Part shown: one piece after another, positions 1-12,920 of the stretch
Numbering within the stretch: the stretch's first letter is position 1
Layout of the letters: the number at the start of each line of letters is the position of its first letter
Origin: Flectonema sp. DT1601
Taxonomy: Eukaryota
DNA length: 64,000 nt
NCBI GenBank assembly: GCA_964019425.1
Contig: OZ025802.1
Coordinates: 1-64,000, forward strand
Direction of reading: 5' to 3'
Position numbers and translations under genes: made by a program
The notes under the pieces: generated by a model
What the model saw: only the letters and a program-made list of their open reading frames with translations
What the model was told of the DNA's origin: nothing
The model's database searches: none

Positions 1-3000
1 TTTGCGGGTTTGCGGGTTTGCGGGTTTGCGGGTTTGCGGGTTTGCGGGTTTGCGGGTTTGCGGGTTTGCGGGTTTGCGGGTTTGCGGGTTTGCGGGTTTG
101 CGGGTTTGCGGGTTTGCGGGTTTGCGGGTTTGCGGGTTTGCGGGTTTGCGGGTTTGCGGGTTTGCGGGTTTGCGGGTTTGCGGGTTTGCGGGTTTGCGGG
201 TTTGCGGGTTTGCGGGTTTGCGGGTTTGCGGGTTTGCGGGTTTGCGGGTTTGCGGGTTTGCGGGTTTGCGGGTTTGCGGGTTTGCGGGTTTGCGGGTTTG
301 CGGGTTTGCGGGTTTGCGGGTTTGCGGGTTTGCGGGTTTGCGGGTTTGCGGGTTTGCGGGTTTGCGGGTTTGCGGGTTTGCGGGTTTGCGGGTTTGCGGG
401 TTTGCGGGTTTGCGGGTTTGCGGGTTTGCGGGTTTGCGGGTTTGCGGGTTTGCGGGTTTGCGGGTTTGCGGGTTTGCGGGTTTGCGGGTTTGCGGGTTTG
501 CGGGTTTGCGGGTTTGCGGGTTTGCGGGTTTGCGGGTTTGCGGGTTTGCGGGTTTGCGGGTTTGCGGGTGTTTGCGGGTTTGCGGGTTTGCGGGTTTGCG
601 GGTTTGCGGGTTTGCGGTTTGCGGGTTTGCGGTTTGCGGGTTTGCGGGGTTTGCGGGTTTGCGGGTTTGCGGGTTTGCGGGTTTGCGGGTTTGCGGGTTT
701 GCGGGTTTGCGGGTTTGCGGGTTTGCGGGTTTGCGGGTTTGCGGGTTTGCGGGTTTGCGGGTTTGCGGGTTTGCGGGTTTGCGGGTTTGCGGGTTTGCGG
801 GTTTGCGGGTTTGCGGGTTTGCGGGTTTGCGGGTTTGCGGGTTTGCGGGTTTGCGGGTTTGCGGGTTTGCGGGTTTGCGGGTTTGCGGGTTTGCGGGTTT
901 GCGGGTTTGCGGGTTTGCGGGTTTGCGGGTTTGCGGGTTTGCGGGTTTGCGGGTTTGCGGGTTTGCGGGTTTGCGGGTTTGCGGGTTTGCGGGTTTGCGG
1001 GTTTGCGGGGTTTGCGGGTTTGCGGGTTTGCGGGTTTGCGGGTTTGCGGGTTTGCGGGTTTGCGGGTTTGCGGGTTTGCGGGTTTGCGGGTTTGCGGGTT
1101 TGCGGGTTTGCGGGTTTGCGGGTTTGCGGGTTTGCGGGTTTGCGGGTTTGCGGGTTTGCGGGTTTGCGGGTTTGCGGGTTTGCGGGTTTGCGGGTTTGCG
1201 GGTTTGCGGGTTTGCGGGTTTGCGGGTTTGCGGGTTTGCGGGTTTGCGGGTTTGCGGGTTTGCGGGTTTGCGGGTTTGCGGGTTTGCGGGTTTGCGGGTT
1301 TGCGGGTTTGCGGGTTTGCGGGTTTGCGGGTTTGCGGGTTTGCGGGTTTGCGGGTTTGCGGGTTTGCGGGTTTGCGGGTTTGCGGGTTTGCGGGTTTGCG
1401 GGTTTGCGGGTTTGCGGGTTTGCGGGTTTGCGGGTTTGCGGGTTTGCGGGTTTGCGGGTTTGCGGGTTTGCGGGTTTGCGGGTTTGCGGGTTTGCGGGTT
1501 TGCGGGTTTGCGGGTTTGCGGGTTTGCGGGTTTGCGGGTTTGCGGGTTTGCGGGTTTGCGGGTTTGCGGGTTTGCGGGTTTGCGGGTTTGCGGGTTTGCG
1601 GGTTTGCGGGTTTGCGGGTTTGCGGGTTTGCGGGTTTGCGGGTTTGCGGGTTTGCGGGTTTGCGGGTTTGCGGGTTTGCGGGTTTGCGGGTTTGCGGGTT
1701 TGCGGGTTTGCGGGTTTGCGGGTTTGCGGGTTTGCGGGTTTGCGGGTTTGCGGGTTTGCGGGTTTGCGGGTTTGCGGGTTTGCGGGTTTGCGGGTTTGCG
1801 GGTTTGCGGGTTTGCGGGTTTGCGGGTTTGCGGGTTTGCGGGTTTGCGGGTTTGCGGGTTTGCGGGTTTGCGGGTTTGCGGGTTTGCGGGTTTGCGGGTT
1901 TGCGGGTTTGCGGGTTTGCGGGTTTGCGGGTTTGCGGGTTTGCGGGTTTGCGGGTTTGCGGGTTTGCGGGTTTGCGGGTTTGCGGGTTTGCGGGTTTGCG
2001 GGTTTGCGGGTTTGCGGGTTTGCGGGTTTGCGGGTTTGCGGGTTTGCGGGTTTGCGGGTTTGCGGGTTTGCGGGTTTGCGGGTTTGCGGGTTTGCGGGTT
2101 TGCGGGTTTGCGGGTTTGCGGGTTTGCGGGTTTGCGGGTTTGCGGGTTTGCGGGTTTGCGGGTTTGCGGGTTTGCGGGTTTGCGGGTTTGCGGGTTTGCG
2201 GGTTTGCGGGTTTGCGGGTTTGCGGGTTTGCGGGTTTGCGGGTTTGCGGGTTTGCGGGTTTGCGGGTTTGCGGGTTTGCGGGTTTGCGGGTTTGCGGGTT
2301 TGCGGGTTTGCGGGTTTGCGGGTTTGCGGGTTTGCGGGTTTGCGGGTTTGCGGGTTTGCGGGTTTGCGGGTTTGCGGGTTTGCGGGTTTGCGGGTTTGCG
2401 GGTTTGCGGGTTTGCGGGTTTGCGGGTTTGCGGGTTTGCGGGTTTGCGGGTTTGCGGGTTTGCGGGTTTGCGGGTTTGCGGGTTTGCGGGTTTGCGGGTT
2501 TGCGGGTTTGCGGGTTTGCGGGTTTGCGGGTTTGCGGGTTTGCGGGTTTGCGGGTTTGCGGGTTTGCGGGTTTGCGGGTTTGCGGGTTTGCGGGTTTGCG
2601 GGTTTGCGGGTTTGCGGGTTTGCGGGTTTGCGGGTTTGCGGGTTTGCGGGTTTGCGGGTTTGCGGGTTTGCGGGTTTGCGGGTTTGCGGGTTTGCGGGTT
2701 TGCGGGTTTGCGGGTTTGCGGGTTTGCGGGTTTGCGGGTTTGCGGGTTTGCGGGTTTGCGGGTTTGCGGGTTTGCGGGTTTGCGGGTTTGCGGGTTTGCG
2801 GGTTTGCGGGTTTGCGGGTTTGCGGGTTTGCGGGTTTGCGGGTTTGCGGGTTTGCGGGTTTGCGGGTTTGCGGGTTTGCGGGTTTGCGGGTTTGCGGGTT
2901 TGCGGGTTTGCGGGTTTGCGGGTTTGCGGGTTTGCGGGTTTGCGGGTTTGCGGGTTTGCGGGTTTGCGGGTTTGCGGGTTTGCGGGTTTGCGGGTTTGCG

Positions 3001-6000
3001 GGTTTGCGGGTTTGCGGGTTTGCGGGTTTGCGGGTTTGCGGGTTTGCGGGTTTGCGGGTTTGCGGGTTTGCGGGTTTGCGGGTTTGCGGGTTTGCGGGTT
3101 TGCGGGTTTGCGGGTTTGCGGGTTTGCGGGTTTGCGGGTTTGCGGGTTTGCGGGTTTGCGGGTTTGCGGGTTTGCGGGTTTGCGGGTTTGCGGGTTTGCG
3201 GGTTTGCGGGTTTGCGGGTTTGCGGGTTTGCGGGTTTGCGGGTTTGCGGGTTTGCGGGTTTGCGGGTTTGCGGGTTTGCGGGTTTGCGGGTTTGCGGGTT
3301 TGCGGGTTTGCGGGTTTGCGGGTTTGCGGGTTTGCGGGTTTGCGGGTTTGCGGGTTTGCGGGTTTGCGGGTTTGCGGGTTTGCGGGTTTGCGGGTTTGCG
3401 GGTTTGCGGGTTTGCGGGTTTGCGGGTTTGCGGGTTTGCGGGTTTGCGGGTTTGCGGGTTTGCGGGTTTGCGGGTTTGCGGGTTTGCGGGTTTGCGGGTT
3501 TGCGGGTTTGCGGGTTTGCGGGTTTGCGGGTTTGCGGGTTTGCGGGTTTGCGGGTTTGCGGGTTTGCGGGTTTGCGGGTTTGCGGGTTTGCGGGTTTGCG
3601 GGTTTGCGGGTTTGCGGGTTTGCGGGTTTGCGGGTTTGCGGGTTTGCGGGTTTGCGGGTTTGCGGGTTTGCGGGTTTGCGGGTTTGCGGGTTTGCGGGTT
3701 TGCGGGTTTGCGGGTTTGCGGGTTTGCGGGTTTGCGGGTTTGCGGGTTTGCGGGTTTGCGGGTTTGCGGGTTTGCGGGTTTGCGGGTTTGCGGGTTTGCG
3801 GGTTTGCGGGTTTGCGGGTTTGCGGGTTTGCGGGTTTGCGGGTTTGCGGGTTTGCGGGTTTGCGGGTTTGCGGGTTTGCGGGTTTGCGGGTTTGCGGGTT
3901 TGCGGGTTTGCGGGTTTGCGGGTTTGCGGGTTTGCGGGTTTGCGGGTTTGCGGGTTTGCGGGTTTGCGGGTTTGCGGGTTTGCGGGTTTGCGGGTTTGCG
4001 GGTTTGCGGGTTTGCGGGTTTGCGGGTTTGCGGGTTTGCGGGTTTGCGGGTTTGCGGGTTTGCGGGTTTGCGGGTTTGCGGGTTTGCGGGTTTGCGGGTT
4101 TGCGGGTTTGCGGGTTTGCGGGTTTGCGGGTTTGCGGGTTTGCGGGTTTGCGGGTTTGCGGGTTTGCGGGTTTGCGGGTTTGCGGGTTTGCGGGTTTGCG
4201 GGTTTGCGGGTTTGCGGGTTTGCGGGTTTGCGGGTTTGCGGGTTTGCGGGTTTGCGGGTTTGCGGGTTTGCGGGTTTGCGGGTTTGCGGGTTTGCGGGTT
4301 TGCGGGTTTGCGGGTTTGCGGGTTTGCGGGTTTGCGGGTTTGCGGGTTTGCGGGTTTGCGGGTTTGCGGGTTTGCGGGTTTGCGGGTTTGCGGGTTTGCG
4401 GGTTTGCGGGTTTGCGGGTTTGCGGGTTTGCGGGTTTGCGGGTTTGCGGGTTTGCGGGTTTGCGGGTTTGCGGGTTTGCGGGTTTGCGGGTTTGCGGGTT
4501 TGCGGGTTTGCGGGTTTGCGGGTTTGCGGGTTTGCGGGTTTGCGGGTTTGCGGGTTTGCGGGTTTGCGGGTTTGCGGGTTTGCGGGTTTGCGGGTTTGCG
4601 GGTTTGCGGGTTTGCGGGTTTGCGGGTTTGCGGGTTTGCGGGTTTGCGGGTTTGCGGGTTTGCGGGTTTGCGGGTTTGCGGGTTTGCGGGTTTGCGGGTT
4701 TGCGGGTTTGCGGGTTTGCGGGTTTGCGGGTTTGCGGGTTTGCGGGTTTGCGGGTTTGCGGGTTTGCGGGTTTGCGGGTTTGCGGGTTTGCGGGTTTGCG
4801 GGTTTGCGGGTTTGCGGGTTTGCGGGTTTGCGGGTTTGCGGGTTTGCGGGTTTGCGGGTTTGCGGGTTTGCGGGTTTGCGGGTTTGCGGGTTTGCGGGTT
4901 TGCGGGTTTGCGGGTTTGCGGGTTTGCGGGTTTGCGGGTTTGCGGGTTTGCGGGTTTGCGGGTTTGCGGGTTTGCGGGTTTGCGGGTTTGCGGGTTTGCG
5001 GGTTTGCGGGTTTGCGGGTTTGCGGGTTTGCGGGTTTGCGGGTTTGCGGGTTTGCGGGTTTGCGGGTTTGCGGGTTTGCGGGTTTGCGGGTTTGCGGGTT
5101 TGCGGGTTTGCGGGTTTGCGGGTTTGCGGGTTTGCGGGTTTGCGGGTTTGCGGGTTTGCGGGTTTGCGGGTTTGCGGGTTTGCGGGTTTGCGGGTTTGCG
5201 GGTTTGCGGGTTTGCGGGTTTGCGGGTTTGCGGGTTTGCGGGTTTGCGGGTTTGCGGGTTTGCGGGTTTGCGGGTTTGCGGGTTTGCGGGTTTGCGGGTT
5301 TGCGGGTTTGCGGGTTTGCGGGTTTGCGGGTTTGCGGGTTTGCGGGTTTGCGGGTTTGCGGGTTTGCGGGTTTGCGGGTTTGCGGGTTTGCGGGTTTGCG
5401 GGTTTGCGGGTTTGCGGGTTTGCGGGTTTGCGGGTTTGCGGGTTTGCGGGTTTGCGGGTTTGCGGGTTTGCGGGTTTGCGGGTTTGCGGGTTTGCGGGTT
5501 TGCGGGTTTGCGGGTTTGCGGGTTTGCGGGTTTGCGGGTTTGCGGGTTTGCGGGTTTGCGGGTTTGCGGGTTTGCGGGTTTGCGGGTTTGCGGGTTTGCG
5601 GGTTTGCGGGTTTGCGGGTTTGCGGGTTTGCGGGTTTGCGGGTTTGCGGGTTTGCGGGTTTGCGGGTTTGCGGGTTTGCGGGTTTGCGGGTTTGCGGGTT
5701 TGCGGGTTTGCGGGTTTGCGGGTTTGCGGGTTTGCGGGTTTGCGGGTTTGCGGGTTTGCGGGTTTGCGGGTTTGCGGGTTTGCGGGTTTGCGGGTTTGCG
5801 GGTTTGCGGGTTTGCGGGTTTGCGGGTTTGCGGGTTTGCGGGTTTGCGGGTTTGCGGGTTTGCGGGTTTGCGGGTTTGCGGGTTTGCGGGTTTGCGGGTT
5901 TGCGGGTTTGCGGGTTTGCGGGTTTGCGGGTTTGCGGGTTTGCGGGTTTGCGGGTTTGCGGGTTTGCGGGTTTGCGGGTTTGCGGGTTTGCGGGTTTGCG

Positions 6001-9000
6001 GGTTTGCGGGTTTGCGGGTTTGCGGGTTTGCGGGTTTGCGGGTTTGCGGGTTTGCGGGTTTGCGGGTTTGCGGGTTTGCGGGTTTGCGGGTTTGCGGGTT
6101 TGCGGGTTTGCGGGTTTGCGGGTTTGCGGGTTTGCGGGTTTGCGGGTTTGCGGGTTTGCGGGTTTGCGGGTTTGCGGGTTTGCGGGTTTGCGGGTTTGCG
6201 GGTTTGCGGGTTTGCGGGTTTGCGGGTTTGCGGGTTTGCGGGTTTGCGGGTTTGCGGGTTTGCGGGTTTGCGGGTTTGCGGGTTTGCGGGTTTGCGGGTT
6301 TGCGGGTTTGCGGGTTTGCGGGTTTGCGGGTTTGCGGGTTTGCGGGTTTGCGGGTTTGCGGGTTTGCGGGTTTGCGGGTTTGCGGGTTTGCGGGTTTGCG
6401 GGTTTGCGGGTTTGCGGGTTTGCGGGTTTGCGGGTTTGCGGGTTTGCGGGTTTGCGGGTTTGCGGGTTTGCGGGTTTGCGGGTTTGCGGGTTTGCGGGTT
6501 TGCGGGTTTGCGGGTTTGCGGGTTTGCGGGTTTGCGGGTTTGCGGGTTTGCGGGTTTGCGGGTTTGCGGGTTTGCGGGTTTGCGGGTTTGCGGGTTTGCG
6601 GGTTTGCGGGTTTGCGGGTTTGCGGGTTTGCGGGTTTGCGGGTTTGCGGGTTTGCGGGTTTGCGGGTTTGCGGGTTTGCGGGTTTGCGGGTTTGCGGGTT
6701 TGCGGGTTTGCGGGTTTGCGGGTTTGCGGGTTTGCGGGTTTGCGGGTTTGCGGGTTTGCGGGTTTGCGGGTTTGCGGGTTTGCGGGTTTGCGGGTTTGCG
6801 GGTTTGCGGGTTTGCGGGTTTGCGGGTTTGCGGGTTTGCGGGTTTGCGGGTTTGCGGGTTTGCGGGTTTGCGGGTTTGCGGGTTTGCGGGTTTGCGGGTT
6901 TGCGGGTTTGCGGGTTTGCGGGTTTGCGGGTTTGCGGGTTTGCGGGTTTGCGGGTTTGCGGGTTTGCGGGTTTGCGGGTTTGCGGGTTTGCGGGTTTGCG
7001 GGTTTGCGGGTTTGCGGGTTTGCGGGTTTGCGGGTTTGCGGGTTTGCGGGTTTGCGGGTTTGCGGGTTTGCGGGTTTGCGGGTTTGCGGGTTTGCGGGTT
7101 TGCGGGTTTGCGGGTTTGCGGGTTTGCGGGTTTGCGGGTTTGCGGGTTTGCGGGTTTGCGGGTTTGCGGGTTTGCGGGTTTGCGGGTTTGCGGGTTTGCG
7201 GGTTTGCGGGTTTGCGGGTTTGCGGGTTTGCGGGTTTGCGGGTTTGCGGGTTTGCGGGTTTGCGGGTTTGCGGGTTTGCGGGTTTGCGGGTTTGCGGGTT
7301 TGCGGGTTTGCGGGTTTGCGGGTTTGCGGGTTTGCGGGTTTGCGGGTTTGCGGGTTTGCGGGTTTGCGGGTTTGCGGGTTTGCGGGTTTGCGGGTTTGCG
7401 GGTTTGCGGGTTTGCGGGTTTGCGGGTTTGCGGGTTTGCGGGTTTGCGGGTTTGCGGGTTTGCGGGTTTGCGGGTTTGCGGGTTTGCGGGTTTGCGGGTT
7501 TGCGGGTTTGCGGGTTTGCGGGTTTGCGGGTTTGCGGGTTTGCGGGTTTGCGGGTTTGCGGGTTTGCGGGTTTGCGGGTTTGCGGGTTTGCGGGTTTGCG
7601 GGTTTGCGGGTTTGCGGGTTTGCGGGTTTGCGGGTTTGCGGGTTTGCGGGTTTGCGGGTTTGCGGGTTTGCGGGTTTGCGGGTTTGCGGGTTTGCGGGTT
7701 TGCGGGTTTGCGGGTTTGCGGGTTTGCGGGTTTGCGGGTTTGCGGGTTTGCGGGTTTGCGGGTTTGCGGGTTTGCGGGTTTGCGGGTTTGCGGGTTTGCG
7801 GGTTTGCGGGTTTGCGGGTTTGCGGGTTTGCGGGTTTGCGGGTTTGCGGGTTTGCGGGTTTGCGGGTTTGCGGGTTTGCGGGTTTGCGGGTTTGCGGGTT
7901 TGCGGGTTTGCGGGTTTGCGGGTTTGCGGGTTTGCGGGTTTGCGGGTTTGCGGGTTTGCGGGTTTGCGGGTTTGCGGGTTTGCGGGTTTGCGGGTTTGCG
8001 GGTTTGCGGGTTTGCGGGTTTGCGGGTTTGCGGGTTTGCGGGTTTGCGGGTTTGCGGGTTTGCGGGTTTGCGGGTTTGCGGGTTTGCGGGTTTGCGGGTT
8101 TGCGGGTTTGCGGGTTTGCGGGTTTGCGGGTTTGCGGGTTTGCGGGTTTGCGGGTTTGCGGGTTTGCGGGTTTGCGGGTTTGCGGGTTTGCGGGTTTGCG
8201 GGTTTGCGGGTTTGCGGGTTTGCGGGTTTGCGGGTTTGCGGGTTTGCGGGTTTGCGGGTTTGCGGGTTTGCGGGTTTGCGGGTTTGCGGGTTTGCGGGTT
8301 TGCGGGTTTGCGGGTTTGCGGGTTTGCGGGTTTGCGGGTTTGCGGGTTTGCGGGTTTGCGGGTTTGCGGGTTTGCGGGTTTGCGGGTTTGCGGGTTTGCG
8401 GGTTTGCGGGTTTGCGGGTTTGCGGGTTTGCGGGTTTGCGGGTTTGCGGGTTTGCGGGTTTGCGGGTTTGCGGGTTTGCGGGTTTGCGGGTTTGCGGGTT
8501 TGCGGGTTTGCGGGTTTGCGGGTTTGCGGGTTTGCGGGTTTGCGGGTTTGCGGGTTTGCGGGTTTGCGGGTTTGCGGGTTTGCGGGTTTGCGGGTTTGCG
8601 GGTTTGCGGGTTTGCGGGTTTGCGGGTTTGCGGGTTTGCGGGTTTGCGGGTTTGCGGGTTTGCGGGTTTGCGGGTTTGCGGGTTTGCGGGTTTGCGGGTT
8701 TGCGGGTTTGCGGGTTTGCGGGTTTGCGGGTTTGCGGGTTTGCGGGTTTGCGGGTTTGCGGGTTTGCGGGTTTGCGGGTTTGCGGGTTTGCGGGTTTGCG
8801 GGTTTGCGGGTTTGCGGGTTTGCGGGTTTGCGGGTTTGCGGGTTTGCGGGTTTGCGGGTTTGCGGGTTTGCGGGTTTGCGGGTTTGCGGGTTTGCGGGTT
8901 TGCGGGTTTGCGGGTTTGCGGGTTTGCGGGTTTGCGGGTTTGCGGGTTTGCGGGTTTGCGGGTTTGCGGGTTTGCGGGTTTGCGGGTTTGCGGGTTTGCG

Positions 9001-12000
9001 GGTTTGCGGGTTTGCGGGTTTGCGGGTTTGCGGGTTTGCGGGTTTGCGGGTTTGCGGGTTTGCGGGTTTGCGGGTTTGCGGGTTTGCGGGTTTGCGGGTT
9101 TGCGGGTTTGCGGGTTTGCGGGTTTGCGGGTTTGCGGGTTTGCGGGTTTGCGGGTTTGCGGGTTTGCGGGTTTGCGGGTTTGCGGGTTTGCGGGTTTGCG
9201 GGTTTGCGGGTTTGCGGGTTTGCGGGTTTGCGGGTTTGCGGGTTTGCGGGTTTGCGGGTTTGCGGGTTTGCGGGTTTGCGGGTTTGCGGGTTTGCGGGTT
9301 TGCGGGTTTGCGGGTTTGCGGGTTTGCGGGTTTGCGGGTTTGCGGGTTTGCGGGTTTGCGGGTTTGCGGGTTTGCGGGTTTGCGGGTTTGCGGGTTTGCG
9401 GGTTTGCGGGTTTGCGGGTTTGCGGGTTTGCGGGTTTGCGGGTTTGCGGGTTTGCGGGTTTGCGGGTTTGCGGGTTTGCGGGTTTGCGGGTTTGCGGGTT
9501 TGCGGGTTTGCGGGTTTGCGGGTTTGCGGGTTTGCGGGTTTGCGGGTTTGCGGGTTTGCGGGTTTGCGGGTTTGCGGGTTTGCGGGTTTGCGGGTTTGCG
9601 GGTTTGCGGGTTTGCGGGTTTGCGGGTTTGCGGGTTTGCGGGTTTGCGGGTTTGCGGGTTTGCGGGTTTGCGGGTTTGCGGGTTTGCGGGTTTGCGGGTT
9701 TGCGGGTTTGCGGGTTTGCGGGTTTGCGGGTTTGCGGGTTTGCGGGTTTGCGGGTTTGCGGGTTTGCGGGTTTGCGGGTTTGCGGGTTTGCGGGTTTGCG
9801 GGTTTGCGGGTTTGCGGGTTTGCGGGTTTGCGGGTTTGCGGGTTTGCGGGTTTGCGGGTTTGCGGGTTTGCGGGTTTGCGGGTTTGCGGGTTTGCGGGTT
9901 TGCGGGTTTGCGGGTTTGCGGGTTTGCGGGTTTGCGGGTTTGCGGGTTTGCGGGTTTGCGGGTTTGCGGGTTTGCGGGTTTGCGGGTTTGCGGGTTTGCG
10001 GGTTTGCGGGTTTGCGGGTTTGCGGGTTTGCGGGTTTGCGGGTTTGCGGGTTTGCGGGTTTGCGGGTTTGCGGGTTTGCGGGTTTGCGGGTTTGCGGGTT
10101 TGCGGGTTTGCGGGTTTGCGGGTTTGCGGGTTTGCGGGTTTGCGGGTTTGCGGGTTTGCGGGTTTGCGGGTTTGCGGGTTTGCGGGTTTGCGGGTTTGCG
10201 GGTTTGCGGGTTTGCGGGTTTGCGGGTTTGCGGGTTTGCGGGTTTGCGGGTTTGCGGGTTTGCGGGTTTGCGGGTTTGCGGGTTTGCGGGTTTGCGGGTT
10301 TGCGGGTTTGCGGGTTTGCGGGTTTGCGGGTTTGCGGGTTTGCGGGTTTGCGGGTTTGCGGGTTTGCGGGTTTGCGGGTTTGCGGGTTTGCGGGTTTGCG
10401 GGTTTGCGGGTTTGCGGGTTTGCGGGTTTGCGGGTTTGCGGGTTTGCGGGTTTGCGGGTTTGCGGGTTTGCGGGTTTGCGGGTTTGCGGGTTTGCGGGTT
10501 TGCGGGTTTGCGGGTTTGCGGGTTTGCGGGTTTGCGGGTTTGCGGGTTTGCGGGTTTGCGGGTTTGCGGGTTTGCGGGTTTGCGGGTTTGCGGGTTTGCG
10601 GGTTTGCGGGTTTGCGGGTTTGCGGGTTTGCGGGTTTGCGGGTTTGCGGGTTTGCGGGTTTGCGGGTTTGCGGGTTTGCGGGTTTGCGGGTTTGCGGGTT
10701 TGCGGGTTTGCGGGTTTGCGGGTTTGCGGGTTTGCGGGTTTGCGGGTTTGCGGGTTTGCGGGTTTGCGGGTTTGCGGGTTTGCGGGTTTGCGGGTTTGCG
10801 GGTTTGCGGGTTTGCGGGTTTGCGGGTTTGCGGGTTTGCGGGTTTGCGGGTTTGCGGGTTTGCGGGTTTGCGGGTTTGCGGGTTTGCGGGTTTGCGGGTT
10901 TGCGGGTTTGCGGGTTTGCGGGTTTGCGGGTTTGCGGGTTTGCGGGTTTGCGGGTTTGCGGGTTTGCGGGTTTGCGGGTTTGCGGGTTTGCGGGTTTGCG
11001 GGTTTGCGGGTTTGCGGGTTTGCGGGTTTGCGGGTTTGCGGGTTTGCGGGTTTGCGGGTTTGCGGGTTTGCGGGTTTGCGGGTTTGCGGGTTTGCGGGTT
11101 TGCGGGTTTGCGGGTTTGCGGGTTTGCGGGTTTGCGGGTTTGCGGGTTTGCGGGTTTGCGGGTTTGCGGGTTTGCGGGTTTGCGGGTTTGCGGGTTTGCG
11201 GGTTTGCGGGTTTGCGGGTTTGCGGGTTTGCGGGTTTGCGGGTTTGCGGGTTTGCGGGTTTGCGGGTTTGCGGGTTTGCGGGTTTGCGGGTTTGCGGGTT
11301 TGCGGGTTTGCGGGTTTGCGGGTTTGCGGGTTTGCGGGTTTGCGGGTTTGCGGGTTTGCGGGTTTGCGGGTTTGCGGGTTTGCGGGTTTGCGGGTTTGCG
11401 GGTTTGCGGGTTTGCGGGTTTGCGGGTTTGCGGGTTTGCGGGTTTGCGGGTTTGCGGGTTTGCGGGTTTGCGGGTTTGCGGGTTTGCGGGTTTGCGGGTT
11501 TGCGGGTTTGCGGGTTTGCGGGTTTGCGGGTTTGCGGGTTTGCGGGTTTGCGGGTTTGCGGGTTTGCGGGTTTGCGGGTTTGCGGGTTTGCGGGTTTGCG
11601 GGTTTGCGGGTTTGCGGGTTTGCGGGTTTGCGGGTTTGCGGGTTTGCGGGTTTGCGGGTTTGCGGGTTTGCGGGTTTGCGGGTTTGCGGGTTTGCGGGTT
11701 TGCGGGTTTGCGGGTTTGCGGGTTTGCGGGTTTGCGGGTTTGCGGGTTTGCGGGTTTGCGGGTTTGCGGGTTTGCGGGTTTGCGGGTTTGCGGGTTTGCG
11801 GGTTTGCGGGTTTGCGGGTTTGCGGGTTTGCGGGTTTGCGGGTTTGCGGGTTTGCGGGTTTGCGGGTTTGCGGGTTTGCGGGTTTGCGGGTTTGCGGGTT
11901 TGCGGGTTTGCGGGTTTGCGGGTTTGCGGGTTTGCGGGTTTGCGGGTTTGCGGGTTTGCGGGTTTGCGGGTTTGCGGGTTTGCGGGTTTGCGGGTTTGCG

Positions 12001-12549
12001 GGTTTGCGGGTTTGCGGGTTTGCGGGTTTGCGGGTTTGCGGGTTTGCGGGTTTGCGGGTTTGCGGGTTTGCGGGTTTGCGGGTTTGCGGGTTTGCGGGTT
12101 TGCGGGTTTGCGGGTTTGCGGGTTTGCGGGTTTGCGGGTTTGCGGGTTTGCGGGTTTGCGGGTTTGCGGGTTTGCGGGTTTGCGGGTTTGCGGGTTTGCG
12201 GGTTTGCGGGTTTGCGGGTTTGCGGGTTTGCGGGTTTGCGGGTTTGCGGGTTTGCGGGTTTGCGGGTTTGCGGGTTTGCGGGTTTGCGGGTTTGCGGGTT
12301 TGCGGGTTTGCGGGTTTGCGGGTTTGCGGGTTTGCGGGTTTGCGGGTTTGCGGGTTTGCGGGTTTGCGGGTTTGCGGGTTTGCGGGTTTGCGGGTTTGCG
12401 GGTTTGCGGGTTTGCGGGTTTGCGGGTTTGCGGGTTTGCGGGTTTGCGGGTTTGCGGGTTTGCGGGTTTGCGGGTTTGCGGGTTTGCGGGTTTGCGGGTT
12501 TGCGGGTTTGCGGGTTTGCGGGTTTGCGGGTTTGCGGGTTTGCGGGTTT
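1..12549 (+). repeat. Telomere-like tandem array (TTTGCGGG)n, ~1,570 units
   Basis: Uninterrupted 8-bp period; only about five 1-2 nt indels, all within the first ~1010 bp; abrupt end at ...GCGGGTTT|TCCGTGTTG. Confidence 0.97.
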
Positions 12550-12920
12550 TCCGTGTTGTCATTCAGTGCAGTACGGAATCGTGTTATGCAATTACGAATT
12601 AATCGTGAGCCCTGGGAAACCAAAACTAGGGTATAATGTAATACGGCAGAGTGTAGGTTTCGCCTATAGTCTCGTCAAGAAATAAACAATTTTTATAAAA
12701 AAATAAAAATGAACATTTCTTTGTAAAATTCTTTATAAAAAAAGTTGTTAGCATCAATTGCTAGTTCGTAGCACACTACTAGCAGAGCACTCACCTTAAA
12801 TAAATTAAAGTAGTAATGTCCAAAATAAGTTGGAATAACATGAGGGGGTTACATAGTTCAACATTAAATGTTGGGGCATCAACGGGTCTAGAGTGAGAGA
12901 ATTTTAATGGCAAAGTCTGA

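Noticed and set aside
2..12685. Three ~4,200-aa ORFs (LRVCGFAG)n
   Set aside because: Artefact of a stop-free octamer read in all frames; no ATG and no coding evidence.
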